This document shows, one piece after another, positions 46,533 through 56,381 of a DNA stretch of 64,000 nt. Source of the DNA: Thermomicrobiales bacterium (GTDB taxonomy: Bacteria > Chloroflexota > Chloroflexia > Thermomicrobiales > UBA6265). Position 1 is the first letter of the stretch, and every line of letters begins with the position of its first letter. The stretch is from the NCBI GenBank assembly GCA_049841275.1, contig JASGDN010000047.1, forward strand, positions 95,057-159,056, read 5' to 3'. Below the pieces are notes generated by a model. That model ran no database searches. It worked only from the letters and a program-made list of their open reading frames with translations, and had not been told where the DNA came from. The translations under genes were made by a program, and so were the position numbers.

Positions 46533-47288
46533 TCAGGCGTCCGGCCAGCCTTCGGCTCGCCGGCGCTCGAAGAGGAGTTCGAGGCCGTCCAGCAGGCGAT
46601 CGAGGGCAAACTGGACGTCCGATGTCCCCTGGGGATGCTGGTCGGCGGGAGATTCCTCGAAGAAGGCGCGCCGGACAGCGGCGTATTCCTCGCCCCGGGC
46701 CAGGCGATCGATGGCGCCGGCGAATGCGGAGGCTGCAGTCTCCTCGTCGTTGCCATCGACGTTGAGCTGGACAAGACCCCGGATGAGACTGGCAAGCATG
46801 ACGAGGACCTGGAGCTTTTCCGACAGGATGAGCGGGGTGGCGTGGAGCGCCTCGAGCATGGCGTTCATCCAACGCAGGTTGTTTGGCGTGACGGGCGGTG
46901 TCGATACGGGAAGCATGACCAGCCAGGGCCGCCGGCGATAGAGATCGACCTGCGCGTAGGCGATGGCGGAGAGGCTTGCCCGCCAGCCTTGCCCGGCGGC
47001 ATCGATGACCGGCGGCGTGCCGATGCCGCGGTCGATCATGAGGACGACGAGGGCGGCCTTGTTCGGGATATGGCGGTAGATCGCCATGGTCGCGAACCCG
47101 AGGTTCGCGGCGATGCGTGCCATCGAGACGGCATCCATCCCCTCGGCATCGGCCAGCTCGATGGCTGCCGTTGTGATGGCATCGACGCTCAGGCCGCGCC
47201 GTCGTGCCGGTTCTCGCTCCTCCAGCTTGTCCCAGAGGGATTCCAGCTCGGCGGGGAGCATCCAGTCCTGCTTGTTCGATTCGCTCAT
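46533..47288 (-). CDS. TetR/AcrR family transcriptional regulator
   Basis: ATG 47288. HTH 'ITTAAIELADAEGMDAVSMARIAANLGFATMAIYRHIPNKAAL'. Divergent from the ABC exporter genes. Confidence 0.85.
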   Translation of the reverse strand: MSESNKQDWMLPAELESLWDKLEEREPARRRGLSVDAITTAAIELADAEGMDAVSMARIAANLGFATMAIYRHIPNKAALVVLMIDRGIGTPPVIDAAGQGWRASLSAIAYAQVDLYRRRPWLVMLPVSTPPVTPNNLRWMNAMLEALHATPLILSEKLQVLVMLASLIRGLVQLNVDGNDEETAASAFAGAIDRLARGEEYAAVRRAFFEESPADQHPQGTSDVQFALDRLLDGLELLFERRRAEGWPDA

Positions 47289-47330
47289 TGCGTTCCAGAC
47301 CGGTTGACAACCACGGTCGTTCGTGGGAAT

Positions 47331-47355
47331 GTGTATTTCGTACACAAAAGTGTAC
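47331..47355. promoter_or_regulatory. Overlapping inverted repeats in the TetR/ABC divergent region (TetR operator candidate)
   Basis: GTGTA-tttc-GTACAC-aaaa-GTGTAC. GTACAC/GTGTAC is a perfect 6-bp IR (47340-47355), in the AT-richest part of the gap. Confidence 0.5.
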
Positions 47356-47382
47356 ATGATACGCATCCCGCGGGAGGCCACT

Positions 47383-48327
47383 ATGTCCGCAGATATCATC
47401 ACCATTCACGACATACGCAAGGCGTTCGGCGGGCGTCCGGTTCTGGACGGCCTGGACCTCTCCATCCGGGAAGGCTCCACGTTTGCCCTGCTCGGGCCGA
47501 ACGGCGCCGGGAAGACGACCCTGGTCCGGATTCTCAGCACGCTTCTTCGCCCGGATGCCGGCTCCGCAACGATAGCAGGCTTCGACCTGGTGCGACAGCC
47601 GGGTGAGGTGCGTCGTGCGATCAGCCTCACGGGGCAATACGCGGCCGTCGATGCGCTCTTGACGGCCGAGGAGAACATGCGGCTGATGGCGAGGTTACGG
47701 CACCTGGACGGTGCGGCCGCAGGGCGGCAAGTGCGTGACCTGATGGATCGGTTCGAGCTGGGAACGCACACGCGCCGCCCGGTGAAGACGTTTTCTGGCG
47801 GCATGAAGCGCAAGCTCGATCTCGCGATGAGCCTGATCGGGTCGCCGCGAATCCTCTTTCTCGACGAGCCGACAACCGGGCTCGACCCCCGGAGCCGGTC
47901 GGCGCTGTGGGAGATGATCCGCGAACTCGCGCAGGCCGGTTCCTCGATCGTGCTCACGACGCAATACCTGGAAGAGGCAGACCAGCTTGCGGACCGAATC
48001 TGCCTGATCGATGGCGGACGCGTGGTGGCCGACGGGACGGCTTCCGACCTCAAGCGGCGCGTCGGGGGCGAGATGATCGAGCTGACCTTCCGCAACCCGG
48101 CTGCCCTGAGGCGGGCGATGGACCGGCTGCCCGGATCGACGCTGGATGCCGGAGCCGTGCGGCTCGGAATCGACGGTTCACCGCATACGGTTGCGCAGGT
48201 GCTGGCAACCCTCGAATCCGCCGGGGTGGAGGCCGACGGTCTGGCCCTGCACAAACCGACGCTCGACGACGTCTTTCTCGCATTTACCGGACCCGGCGCC
48301 GCAGCGGCGCGGACGGAGGCAGCCTGA
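47383..48327 (+). CDS. ABC transporter ATP-binding protein (DrrA / daunorubicin-resistance type)
   Basis: ATG 47383 follows GGGAGG. Walker A 'GPNGAGKTT', signature 'FSGGMKRKL', Walker B 'LFLDEPTTGLD'. Confidence 0.9.
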   Translation: MSADIITIHDIRKAFGGRPVLDGLDLSIREGSTFALLGPNGAGKTTLVRILSTLLRPDAGSATIAGFDLVRQPGEVRRAISLTGQYAAVDALLTAEENMRLMARLRHLDGAAAGRQVRDLMDRFELGTHTRRPVKTFSGGMKRKLDLAMSLIGSPRILFLDEPTTGLDPRSRSALWEMIRELAQAGSSIVLTTQYLEEADQLADRICLIDGGRVVADGTASDLKRRVGGEMIELTFRNPAALRRAMDRLPGSTLDAGAVRLGIDGSPHTVAQVLATLESAGVEADGLALHKPTLDDVFLAFTGPGAAAARTEAA

Positions 48328-49097
48328 TCAGGGCCACGACCCTTGCTCCTACGACCTTCCGGGACAGCGCCACGATGACCTGGCGCAGTCTGCGCGGAGC
48401 GACGCGGCAACCCGATGCGCTCTTCCTGGCGATCGTGCTGCCGTCGCTCCTGATGCTGCTGTTCGTGTACGTGTTTGGCGGCGCAATGAGCGTGGGAATC
48501 GACTACGTCAACTACGTGGTGCCAGGGGTGATCGTGCTTTGTGCCGGGTACGGCGCGGCGATCACGGCGGTTTCGGTGGCGAGCGATATGGAACGCGGCG
48601 TGATCGACCGGTTCCGGTCGCTGCCGATCGACGGATCGTCGGTCCTGACCGGGCACGTCCTTGCCTCGATGGTGCGGAATATGATCGCGACCGGGATCGT
48701 ACTGGTCGTGGCGTATCTGGCGGGGTTCCGCGCGGAGGCCGGAGTGATCGACTGGACCCTCGCCATAGGGCTGATCCTGTTGTTCATTCTCGCGATCTCG
48801 TGGCTGGCGACAGTGCTGGCCCTGCTGATCGGGAACAGCGAGACGGCGAATGCGATCACCTCGATCATGCTCTTCCTGCCGTACCTGAGCAGCGGATTCG
48901 TTCCGGTGGACACGATGCCGGCACCGCTCGCGGCGATTGCCCGGCACCAACCCTATACCCCGCTGATCGAGGCGATGCGCAGCCTGCTGTTAGGGACGCC
49001 GATGGGATCGAACGGAGTGGTGGCCGTCGTGTGGCTGGCCGGAATCCTGGTGGTGTCGTTCGTGGCGGCGCGGTTCCTGTTCCGGCGCGAGGCCTGA
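48324..49097 (+). CDS. ABC-2 type transporter permease (DrrB type)
   Basis: The conserved N-terminus 'TTLAPTTFRDSATMTWRSLRG' precedes the first canonical start (ATG 48375). The only start-like codon after the ATPase stop is CTG 48324 (CTGA overlap). Six TM segments. Confidence 0.8.
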   Translation: MIRATTLAPTTFRDSATMTWRSLRGATRQPDALFLAIVLPSLLMLLFVYVFGGAMSVGIDYVNYVVPGVIVLCAGYGAAITAVSVASDMERGVIDRFRSLPIDGSSVLTGHVLASMVRNMIATGIVLVVAYLAGFRAEAGVIDWTLAIGLILLFILAISWLATVLALLIGNSETANAITSIMLFLPYLSSGFVPVDTMPAPLAAIARHQPYTPLIEAMRSLLLGTPMGSNGVVAVVWLAGILVVSFVAARFLFRREA

Positions 49098-49103
49098 ACG
49101 GGA

Positions 49104-49131
49104 AGAGGGCGCGGATTAATCCGCGCCCTCT
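49104..49131. terminator. Perfect 28-nt palindrome between convergent genes (bidirectional terminator candidate)
   Basis: AGAGGGCGCGGATT/AATCCGCGCCCTCT, between the permease stop (49097) and the peroxidase stop (49158). Confidence 0.55.
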
Positions 49132-49157
49132 GTCTGTGTGGTGGGCCGAAGGGTTTG

Positions 49158-49697
49158 CTATTTCGCCAATTCGGTGTTGATCGCGGAGACGAGCGCCGGA
49201 TCGTCCGGGGCGATGGCCGAGGCGAAGCGGCCAGCGACGGTGCCGTCCTTCGCGATGAGGAACTTCTCGAAGTTCCAGAGCACATCCGGATCCTCGGCTG
49301 GGGTCATGCCACGGGAGCGGAATGCCTCACGCTGGGCGTCCTTGCCCATGCCGGTGGGCATCTCGGCGGTCAGCTCCGCATAGAGCGGATGCTGGTCCTC
49401 GCCGCTGACGCTGAGCTTGGAGAACACCGGGAACGTGACGTTGTAGTTCATCGAACAGAACTGGGCGATCTCCTCGTCGGTGCCGGGTTCCTGGCCCATG
49501 AAATTGTTTGCGGGGAACCCGAGGACGGTCAGTCCTGCGTCGTGCTTCTCGGTGTAGAGCTTCTGCAGGCCCTCGTACTGCCGGGTGAAGCCGCACTTCG
49601 AAGCGACGTTTACCACGAGCAGGACGTTGCCGGCGTAGTCGCCGAGAGTGCCAGTGGTGCCGTCCATCTTCTGGAACGGGATGTCCGTGAGCGCCAT
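49158..49697 (-). CDS. Glutathione peroxidase family protein (Cys type)
   Basis: 'LVVNVASKCGFT', 'GFPANNFMGQEPG' and 'WNFEKFLI' are the three GPx signature blocks. ATG 49697. Confidence 0.9.
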   Translation of the reverse strand: MALTDIPFQKMDGTTGTLGDYAGNVLLVVNVASKCGFTRQYEGLQKLYTEKHDAGLTVLGFPANNFMGQEPGTDEEIAQFCSMNYNVTFPVFSKLSVSGEDQHPLYAELTAEMPTGMGKDAQREAFRSRGMTPAEDPDVLWNFEKFLIAKDGTVAGRFASAIAPDDPALVSAINTELAK

Positions 49698-49815
49698 GCG
49701 TGGGGTCCTTTCGCGTGTATCGGCAATCGTCGGGGCGGACGCTGTCCGCTCGTCATGCGGTGAGTATCGTCTCAATACCGACGTGCGTGCATCGCCGGAA
49801 CGGTCAGGTGGGATC

Positions 49816-51006
49816 TCAGCCGTTGATGGCGGCGAGTGTCTGGCGGGCGATTTCCAGCTCCTCGTTCGTGGGCACCACAAGCACCGCGACCGGTGAGTCG
49901 TCGGCCGAGATGCGCCGGATTCCCGATCCCCGCCTGCGGTTCCGGCCGGCGTCGAGATGGATGCCGAAGCGTTGCATGCCTTCGAGGGTCTTCTCGCGCA
50001 CGATCGCCGAGTTCTCGCCGACGCCCGCCGTGAAGACGACGGCGTGCAGCGGATCGAGATCGGTGTGATATGCTCCTACGTAATGGCGGATCCGGTGGCA
50101 ATAGACATCGAGCGCGAGGGCCGCACGCCGGTCGCCGCGTTCGGCGGCTTCCTGCACGTCGCGGAGATCGGAGCTGCCGGTGAGGCCGAGCATGCCGCTC
50201 CGGCGGTTCAGGAGGTCGTCCAGCTGGTCGACGGTCATGCCAGCCTGGCGGGCGAGGTGGAAGATGATGCCGGGATCGAGGTCGCCGGAGCGGGTGCCCA
50301 TGACGAGCCCTTCCAGCGGCGTCATGCCCATCGAGGTATCGACCGACTTCCCGCCTCGGATCGCGCAGGCAGAGACGCCGTTGCCGATGTGCAGGGTGAT
50401 CGCGTTGAACCGGTCGAGTGGGATGCCGAGCGATTGCGCGGCGAGCTCGGAGACGTACTTGTGGGAGGTGCCGTGGAAGCCGTATTTGCGGATGCGGTAC
50501 TGGTTCGCGAGGGCGGCGTCGATGGCGTAGGTATAGGCGACCGGTGGCATGGTCTGGTGAAAGGCGGTGTCGAAGACCGCGATCTGTGGCAGGTCTGGAA
50601 AGGCCGTGCGGGCTGCCTCGATGCCCAGCAGGTTGGGCGGATTGTGCAGTGGCGCCAGCGAGCTGATCGCTTCGAGGATGCGGATGGCGGCATCATCGAT
50701 CGGGGTTGGCTGGACGAAGCGCGCGCCACCTTGCACCACGCGGTGCCCAACGGCGACGATGGGCTGGTCGTCGAGGTGCGGTCCCCAGATGTTGCAGGCG
50801 TCCATCATCGCGCGGAATCCGGCGACGTGATCGAGGATCGGGCGCTCGGCACGATGCTCGCCGTCCGGGCCAGTGTGGGTGATGGCGCCGGAATCGGTAC
50901 CTATCCGTTCGATGAGGCCCCTGGCGAGGACCTGCTCGCCGGACATCTCGATCAGCTGGTACTTGATGGAGGACGAGCCGGAGTTGATGACGAGGACGAC
51001 GCTCAT
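49816..51006 (-). CDS. ackA: Acetate kinase
   Basis: 'VLVINSGSSSIKYQL', 'GFHGTSH' and 'FTAGVGENS'. The start overlaps the pta stop by 4 nt. Confidence 0.95.
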   Translation of the reverse strand: MSVVLVINSGSSSIKYQLIEMSGEQVLARGLIERIGTDSGAITHTGPDGEHRAERPILDHVAGFRAMMDACNIWGPHLDDQPIVAVGHRVVQGGARFVQPTPIDDAAIRILEAISSLAPLHNPPNLLGIEAARTAFPDLPQIAVFDTAFHQTMPPVAYTYAIDAALANQYRIRKYGFHGTSHKYVSELAAQSLGIPLDRFNAITLHIGNGVSACAIRGGKSVDTSMGMTPLEGLVMGTRSGDLDPGIIFHLARQAGMTVDQLDDLLNRRSGMLGLTGSSDLRDVQEAAERGDRRAALALDVYCHRIRHYVGAYHTDLDPLHAVVFTAGVGENSAIVREKTLEGMQRFGIHLDAGRNRRRGSGIRRISADDSPVAVLVVPTNEELEIARQTLAAING

Positions 51007-53165
51007 GCCTGGTCACCTCCCGCGGTGGCCGCGTCTGCCGGTGCTGTGACGCTCTGCGCCTGGATGGCCGTGATGGCGACCGTGTTGATGATGTCCTTCA
51101 CCAGCGCCCCGCGCGAGAGATCGTTTACGGGTTTCCGTAACCCCTGAAGGACTGGGCCGATAGCGACCGCGCCGGCGCTGCGCTGGACGGCCTTGTAGGT
51201 ATTGTTGCCGGTGTTGAGGTCCGGGAAGATGAAGACGGTGGCGCGGCCGGCGATCTCGGAGGCTGGCAGCTTGGCTTTCGCAACCGTCGCATCGGCGGCG
51301 GCATCGTATTGGATCGGGCCCTCGATCGCGAGATCGGGACGGCGTTCCCGGACCAGCGCCGTGGCGGTGCGGACCTTTTCGACATCCTCGCCGGCGCCGG
51401 ACTCTCCGGTCGAGTAGGAGAGCATCGCGATGCGCGGTTCGATGGAGAACTGGCGTGCGGTCTCCGCCGAGGAGATGGCGATGTCGGCCAGTTGCTCTGC
51501 CGTCGGATTCGGGTTCACGGCGCAATCGCCGTAGACGAGCACGCGATCCTCCAGGCACATCAGGAAGACGCTGGAGACGACGGAAACACCTGGCACCGTC
51601 TTGATGATCTCGAAGGCGGGCCGGATCGTGTGCGCGGTCGTATGGACTGCACCAGAGACCATGCCATCCGCCAGGCCGAGCTGGACCATCATCGTGCCGA
51701 AGTAGGAGACATCGGTAACGGTGTCGCGCGCCATGTCGAGGGTGACGCCCTTGTGGGCGCGCAGCCGGGCGTATTCCGCGGCGAACCGGCTCCGGTACGC
51801 CTCGTCCAGCGGGTTGAGGATCGTTGCAGCCTCGAGGTCCAGGCCGAGCTTGTTCGCGCGGTCGCGGATATCGGCTTCCTCACCCAGGATGGTGAGGTCC
51901 ACGACCGCGCGCTGGAGCAGCGTGCTGGCGGCGCGGAGAATGCGGTCGGCGTTGCCCTCGGGCAGGACGATGTGCTTGCGGCTGGCGCGGGCGCGTTCGA
52001 TCAGGTCGTATTCGAACATCAGGGGAGTGACGACATCGGTCCTGGCGATCTCGAGCCGGTCGAGTAACTGCGGCACATCGACGTTGCGCTCGAAGAGCGA
52101 AATGGCGATATCCAGCTTGCGTTGGGAGTCGGCAGCGAGACGGCCGCGGGTGAGCATGACACGGTAGGCCGTCTCCCACGTTCCGAAGCGCGTCTGCACG
52201 ATCGGCAGTTCGGTGTCGAGGCCGGCGATCAGCTGCTCGATCTGGGGCGGGAGCGCGAAGCCGCCGTTGAGGATGATGCCGGAGAGGGTGGGGAAGGTCT
52301 CGGCGTTCTGGGCCATCAGTAGCGCAATCAGGACCTCGGTGCGGTCGCCGGGAACGATGACGGCAGCTCCTTCCACGAGGCGGGTGAGCACATTCTCCAT
52401 CGACATGCCGGCCACGACGACGCTGAGGACCTCGCGGCTCATGAAGGCGGGATCGCCCTTGAAGAGCGTGCCTTCGACCGACTCCATCAGCCGGTCCAGC
52501 GTGGGCGCGACGAGGATACGATCCTCCGGAATTGCGGAGACCAGCGGCTTCGGATCGGCCAGGAGGCCGGTGACCGTCTCGACGATCGCGGCCATCTCAT
52601 TCGACTCGGCACGATTCACGATCACGCCGAGCATCGTTGCGTGGGCATGATGGAGTTCGGCGAGCGCGAGTTCGGCGAGCTGGCGGATTTCCTCCGGCGT
52701 GCGGGCGCCCCACGAGAGACCGGCGGCGGGCGTCGAGGGACGGTGTTCCGGATTGCGACCGCTGAGCACCAGCAGCATTGGCGCGCCCAGGTTGGCGGCG
52801 ATGCGGGCGTTGTAGCCGAGCTCGGTCGGGGAGGAGACATCGGTGTAGTCCGTGCCGACGATCACGACAGTGTCGCACCGGCTTTCCAACGCGCGGAAGC
52901 GGGCGACGATCGTATCCAGCGCGGCGTCCGGATCGGCGTGGACATCCTCGTAGGTGGCGCCGATGCAGTCGGCGGCGTCGAGCTGGAGGGGAACCCGCCG
53001 GAGGAGGAGATCGAGGATGTAGTCCGGCTCCGTGCTGGAGCGGGAGATCGGCCGGAAGACGCCGACGCGTCCCGTGCTGCGGCCGAGCGCCGCGATCAGC
53101 CCGAGGGCGACGGTCGACTTGCCCGTGTTGCCTTCGACCGATGTGATGTAGACGCTTCTGGCCAT
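51003..53165 (-). CDS. pta: Phosphate acetyltransferase, long form (N-terminal P-loop/DRTGG region plus PTA_PTB domain)
   Basis: ATG 53165 (MARSVYITSVEGNTGKSTVALG...). C-terminal catalytic domain 'HIVLPEGNADRILRAA...' and 'SGAVHTTAHTIRP'. Confidence 0.9.
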   Translation of the reverse strand: MARSVYITSVEGNTGKSTVALGLIAALGRSTGRVGVFRPISRSSTEPDYILDLLLRRVPLQLDAADCIGATYEDVHADPDAALDTIVARFRALESRCDTVVIVGTDYTDVSSPTELGYNARIAANLGAPMLLVLSGRNPEHRPSTPAAGLSWGARTPEEIRQLAELALAELHHAHATMLGVIVNRAESNEMAAIVETVTGLLADPKPLVSAIPEDRILVAPTLDRLMESVEGTLFKGDPAFMSREVLSVVVAGMSMENVLTRLVEGAAVIVPGDRTEVLIALLMAQNAETFPTLSGIILNGGFALPPQIEQLIAGLDTELPIVQTRFGTWETAYRVMLTRGRLAADSQRKLDIAISLFERNVDVPQLLDRLEIARTDVVTPLMFEYDLIERARASRKHIVLPEGNADRILRAASTLLQRAVVDLTILGEEADIRDRANKLGLDLEAATILNPLDEAYRSRFAAEYARLRAHKGVTLDMARDTVTDVSYFGTMMVQLGLADGMVSGAVHTTAHTIRPAFEIIKTVPGVSVVSSVFLMCLEDRVLVYGDCAVNPNPTAEQLADIAISSAETARQFSIEPRIAMLSYSTGESGAGEDVEKVRTATALVRERRPDLAIEGPIQYDAAADATVAKAKLPASEIAGRATVFIFPDLNTGNNTYKAVQRSAGAVAIGPVLQGLRKPVNDLSRGALVKDIINTVAITAIQAQSVTAPADAATAGGDQA

Positions 53166-53376
53166 GCCGTCCCTTTCCTGCGCCGCATGTCGAACTCCGC
53201 GAAGGCACGACGATGTGTCACGCATCGTGTTGTCTCGTTCATTCTAGGGTGGCGGGCATGTCAGGATCGTGTCGAAATACCGGGCTCCAGCGCAAATGTA
53301 TCGTCGCCGGGAACGGGAGCGTGGGCACAGGCGTCTTCCGGGTAACGTCCTGTCGTTCGTATCGGGGACCTGTCCC

Positions 53377-54174
53377 ATGCCGGACCCTGCCGCGAAACCC
53401 GATCCTCTATCGGCGTCCGATAGCCCGGTCTTCGTCCTGCGCGGGGATGCGCTGGCCATCGTCCGGCTGTACGGCGCGATCTGTCTGCGTATGCTCGCGG
53501 TGGCGGTGCCCATCGGGTGGGTGATCTCCATGGCCACGACGATGTCGTTCCTGCGCGCCAACACGATCGAGGCCATGGTGACGGGTCTGACCACAGCCAT
53601 CGTGATCGCGCTCGTGGCGCTTGTGCTCGTCGTTCCGGTTGCGCTGGTGCATTGGCTTACCGGAGTCCCGTCGCCGGCAGACGATGGAGACAGGCGGCGT
53701 ACCTTCATCGCCACCGCAGCGAACGTGCTGCTGCTGGTGATGTGGGCCATCATCATGATCCTGCAGCACCGGTTCGGAACGAATCTCTTCTTCTGGCACC
53801 TGACCGATATCGACGAGCCGTATGCGCTCTTCAACCCGGACATCGACCCGAGTTGGCGCCAGGCGTTCTTCTTGCTGATAGGTATCACGGTGGCCACCAT
53901 CGTCGCCCGGTATCTCCGTCCGGCGTACGCGACTGCCTGGTTCGTGCTGACGACGGTCACGGCAGTGGCGTGGCTGGTATGGACGGTCCTGTTCACCCGC
54001 TCGAACGACGTCATCAACCCCCAGGTCTCGATCGCCAGTCTGGAAGGCACCGCGACCTGGTGGGAACCGGGCGGTGCCGGCGGAGCCATCCTGATCGTCC
54101 TGACGGCGCTCGTCGGCTATCTCCGGATTCGTGCGGCATGGACGATGGTTCGGGAGCGAAGCCAGGTGTCATGA
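53377..54174 (+). CDS. Hypothetical integral membrane protein (~265 aa, ~6 TM segments)
   Basis: Several long hydrophobic segments. The start is uncertain (ATG 53377, or the upstream ORF start at 53269). No family recognised. Confidence 0.5.
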   Translation: MPDPAAKPDPLSASDSPVFVLRGDALAIVRLYGAICLRMLAVAVPIGWVISMATTMSFLRANTIEAMVTGLTTAIVIALVALVLVVPVALVHWLTGVPSPADDGDRRRTFIATAANVLLLVMWAIIMILQHRFGTNLFFWHLTDIDEPYALFNPDIDPSWRQAFFLLIGITVATIVARYLRPAYATAWFVLTTVTAVAWLVWTVLFTRSNDVINPQVSIASLEGTATWWEPGGAGGAILIVLTALVGYLRIRAAWTMVRERSQVS

Positions 54175-54261
54175 AGTTTGGTGCCCCGCCGGTCGCCTGC
54201 TGCCACTACAATGCACCCCAGCATTGGCAGTTCCGACAGGTATGGATCGGGGTGGAACACG

Positions 54262-55836
54262 GTGAGTGTCGATAACGACGTTGCAGCCGGGAACGGGCAC
54301 GCCAAGGCCCGGCACCTGGCCGAGTTTCGAGAGCAGATCGCCACGCAGCACGCCGCCGCCGCAGAGAAGCAGGCCGCGAAGGGCAAGCGCAGTGCGATGG
54401 AGCGCGTGCTGGCCTTGCTCGATCCGGATACCTTCGTGGAGCTGGATTCGCTGGTGCGGCATCGCGCCACGCAGTTCGGGATGGATCGCACCCACCCGTT
54501 CGGCGACGGCCTGATTACCGGATTCGGCGAGATCGACGGGCGAAAGGTGGCCGTCTTCTCGCAGGACTTCACGATCTTCGGCGGGTCGCTCGGCGAGGCC
54601 TACGCCGAGAAGATGGTGAAGCTGATGGATCTGGCCGAACGGTATGGCTGCCCGGTGATCGGCATCAACGATGCGGCAGGGGCCCGCATCCAGGAGGGGG
54701 TCGAGGGGCTGGCCGGATATGGAGAGGTCTTCTTCCGGAACGTGCGCGCTTCCGGGGTAATCCCGCAAATCTCGATCATCGCCGGGCCGTGCGCGGGCGG
54801 TGCGGTCTATTCGCCCGTAATGACCGACTTCGTCTTCATGGTCGATCACATCGGGCAGATGTTCATCACCGGACCGGACGTGATCAAGACTGTCACCGGA
54901 GAAGATGTCTCCCGGGAGGAACTCGGCGGCGCGCAGACGCACATGCGGACGAGCGGCGTGGCGCACTTCGCCTCGGCCGACGAGGACGACCTGAACGAGC
55001 AGGTGCGGCTGTTGCTGTCGTTTCTGCCGTCGAACAACCTGGAGGATCCGCCGTACGTTGCACCGGATGACGATCCGCAACGCGAGGTGCCGGAGCTGGA
55101 CACGATCGTGCCCGAGCTGAGCACCAAGCCGTACGACATGCACGACGTGATTGCGGCCACGCTCGACGAAGACTCGTTCTTCGAAGTGCAGGCCGAATAC
55201 GCGCAGAACCTGATCGTCGGGTTCGGACGGCTCGATGGACACGCGGTCGGCATCGTCGCCAACCAGCCGGCAGTCCTGGCCGGGACGCTCGATATCGACG
55301 CCAGCACGAAGGGCGCGCGCTTCGTGCGCACCTGCGACGCCTACAACATCCCGCTCATCACGTTCGTGGATGTCCCCGGCTTCCTGCCCGGCATCGAGCA
55401 GGAGTATCGCGGCATCATCCGGCATGGCTCGAAACTGCTCTATGCCTTCGCCGAGGCAACCGTGCCGAAGGTGACCGTCATCACGCGGAAGGCGTATGGC
55501 GGCGCCTACGTCGTGATGTGCTCGAAGCACATCGGGGCCGACTTCAACTTCGCCTGGCCTACGGCCGAGATCGCGGTGATGGGACCGGACGCGGCGGTCG
55601 GGCTCGTCTTCCGGCGCGACCTGGCGGCCTCCGCCGATCCGGCGGCGCGGCGAAAGGAGCTGGTGAAGGAGTACGAAGACCTCTTCGCCAGTCCCTATCA
55701 GGCGGCTTCGCGCGGGTACATCGACGATGTGATCGACCCGCGCATGACGCGCCGGCGGCTCGTCGAGGTGCTGGACCTCGCCCGTTCGAAGCGGGTGGCG
55801 ACACCGCGTCGCAAGCATGGGAACATCCCGCTGTGA
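54262..55836 (+). CDS. Acyl-CoA carboxylase carboxyltransferase (beta) subunit (propionyl-CoA carboxylase / methylmalonyl-CoA carboxyltransferase type)
   Basis: '[22 protein letters not shown]', 'GGSLGE' and '[12 protein letters not shown]...' The N- and C-terminal crotonase-like halves are both present. Start is GTG 54262 (524 aa) or ATG 54211. Confidence 0.9.
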   Translation: MSVDNDVAAGNGHAKARHLAEFREQIATQHAAAAEKQAAKGKRSAMERVLALLDPDTFVELDSLVRHRATQFGMDRTHPFGDGLITGFGEIDGRKVAVFSQDFTIFGGSLGEAYAEKMVKLMDLAERYGCPVIGINDAAGARIQEGVEGLAGYGEVFFRNVRASGVIPQISIIAGPCAGGAVYSPVMTDFVFMVDHIGQMFITGPDVIKTVTGEDVSREELGGAQTHMRTSGVAHFASADEDDLNEQVRLLLSFLPSNNLEDPPYVAPDDDPQREVPELDTIVPELSTKPYDMHDVIAATLDEDSFFEVQAEYAQNLIVGFGRLDGHAVGIVANQPAVLAGTLDIDASTKGARFVRTCDAYNIPLITFVDVPGFLPGIEQEYRGIIRHGSKLLYAFAEATVPKVTVITRKAYGGAYVVMCSKHIGADFNFAWPTAEIAVMGPDAAVGLVFRRDLAASADPAARRKELVKEYEDLFASPYQAASRGYIDDVIDPRMTRRRLVEVLDLARSKRVATPRRKHGNIPL

Positions 55837-56060
55837 GCGGCGAATACCTCCCCGAACCGGACCTTCGCCTTGTCGTTCAGCCGGAACCGACCGACGAGGA
55901 GATGGCGGCGATCGCCAGCGCGGTCATGGTGCTGCGTCGCCAGGTGGTCGCGTCCATGGGAAGCGGAATCAGCGAGACGCCCACGCCGGTTTCGTCGCGG
56001 TGGGCAATAGCCGGTCGTCGCGAGGCGATGCGCGGCCTCGATCGGGACGAATCGCGCTGA
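55833..56060 (+). CDS. Acyl-CoA carboxylase epsilon subunit-like small protein
   Basis: GTG 55833 overlaps the beta-subunit stop (GTGA). '[24 protein letters not shown]' fits the AccE/PccE pattern (..V.G.PT.EE.AA...). Confidence 0.6.
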   Translation: MSGEYLPEPDLRLVVQPEPTDEEMAAIASAVMVLRRQVVASMGSGISETPTPVSSRWAIAGRREAMRGLDRDESR

Positions 56061-56381
56061 GCGCCCGGCCCGGGCTGGATGTGGCTCCGTTGCTCTTGCG
56101 GAGGCCCTGGACCAGATGAGGCGGTTGCGTCTGATTGGCGTATTGGGGATCAGCCAACCTTCAGGGTTCCACCCACCTCCGATCCAGGACGACTCCTGGG
56201 GTGGGGTAATACGCCCTTCGCGGCGTGTGCGTACTCTCAGTCGATGCACCGCCTTGTCGTTTCTGCGTTCGTCGTCGAATCAGATCCGGCTGGCTTCACG
56301 GGCTGGCCGGATCGATGGCTGTTGACGTGAAGGATGGTGGCCGGGTGGGGGCATGCACGCCCCCACCCGGTCTTGATATGC

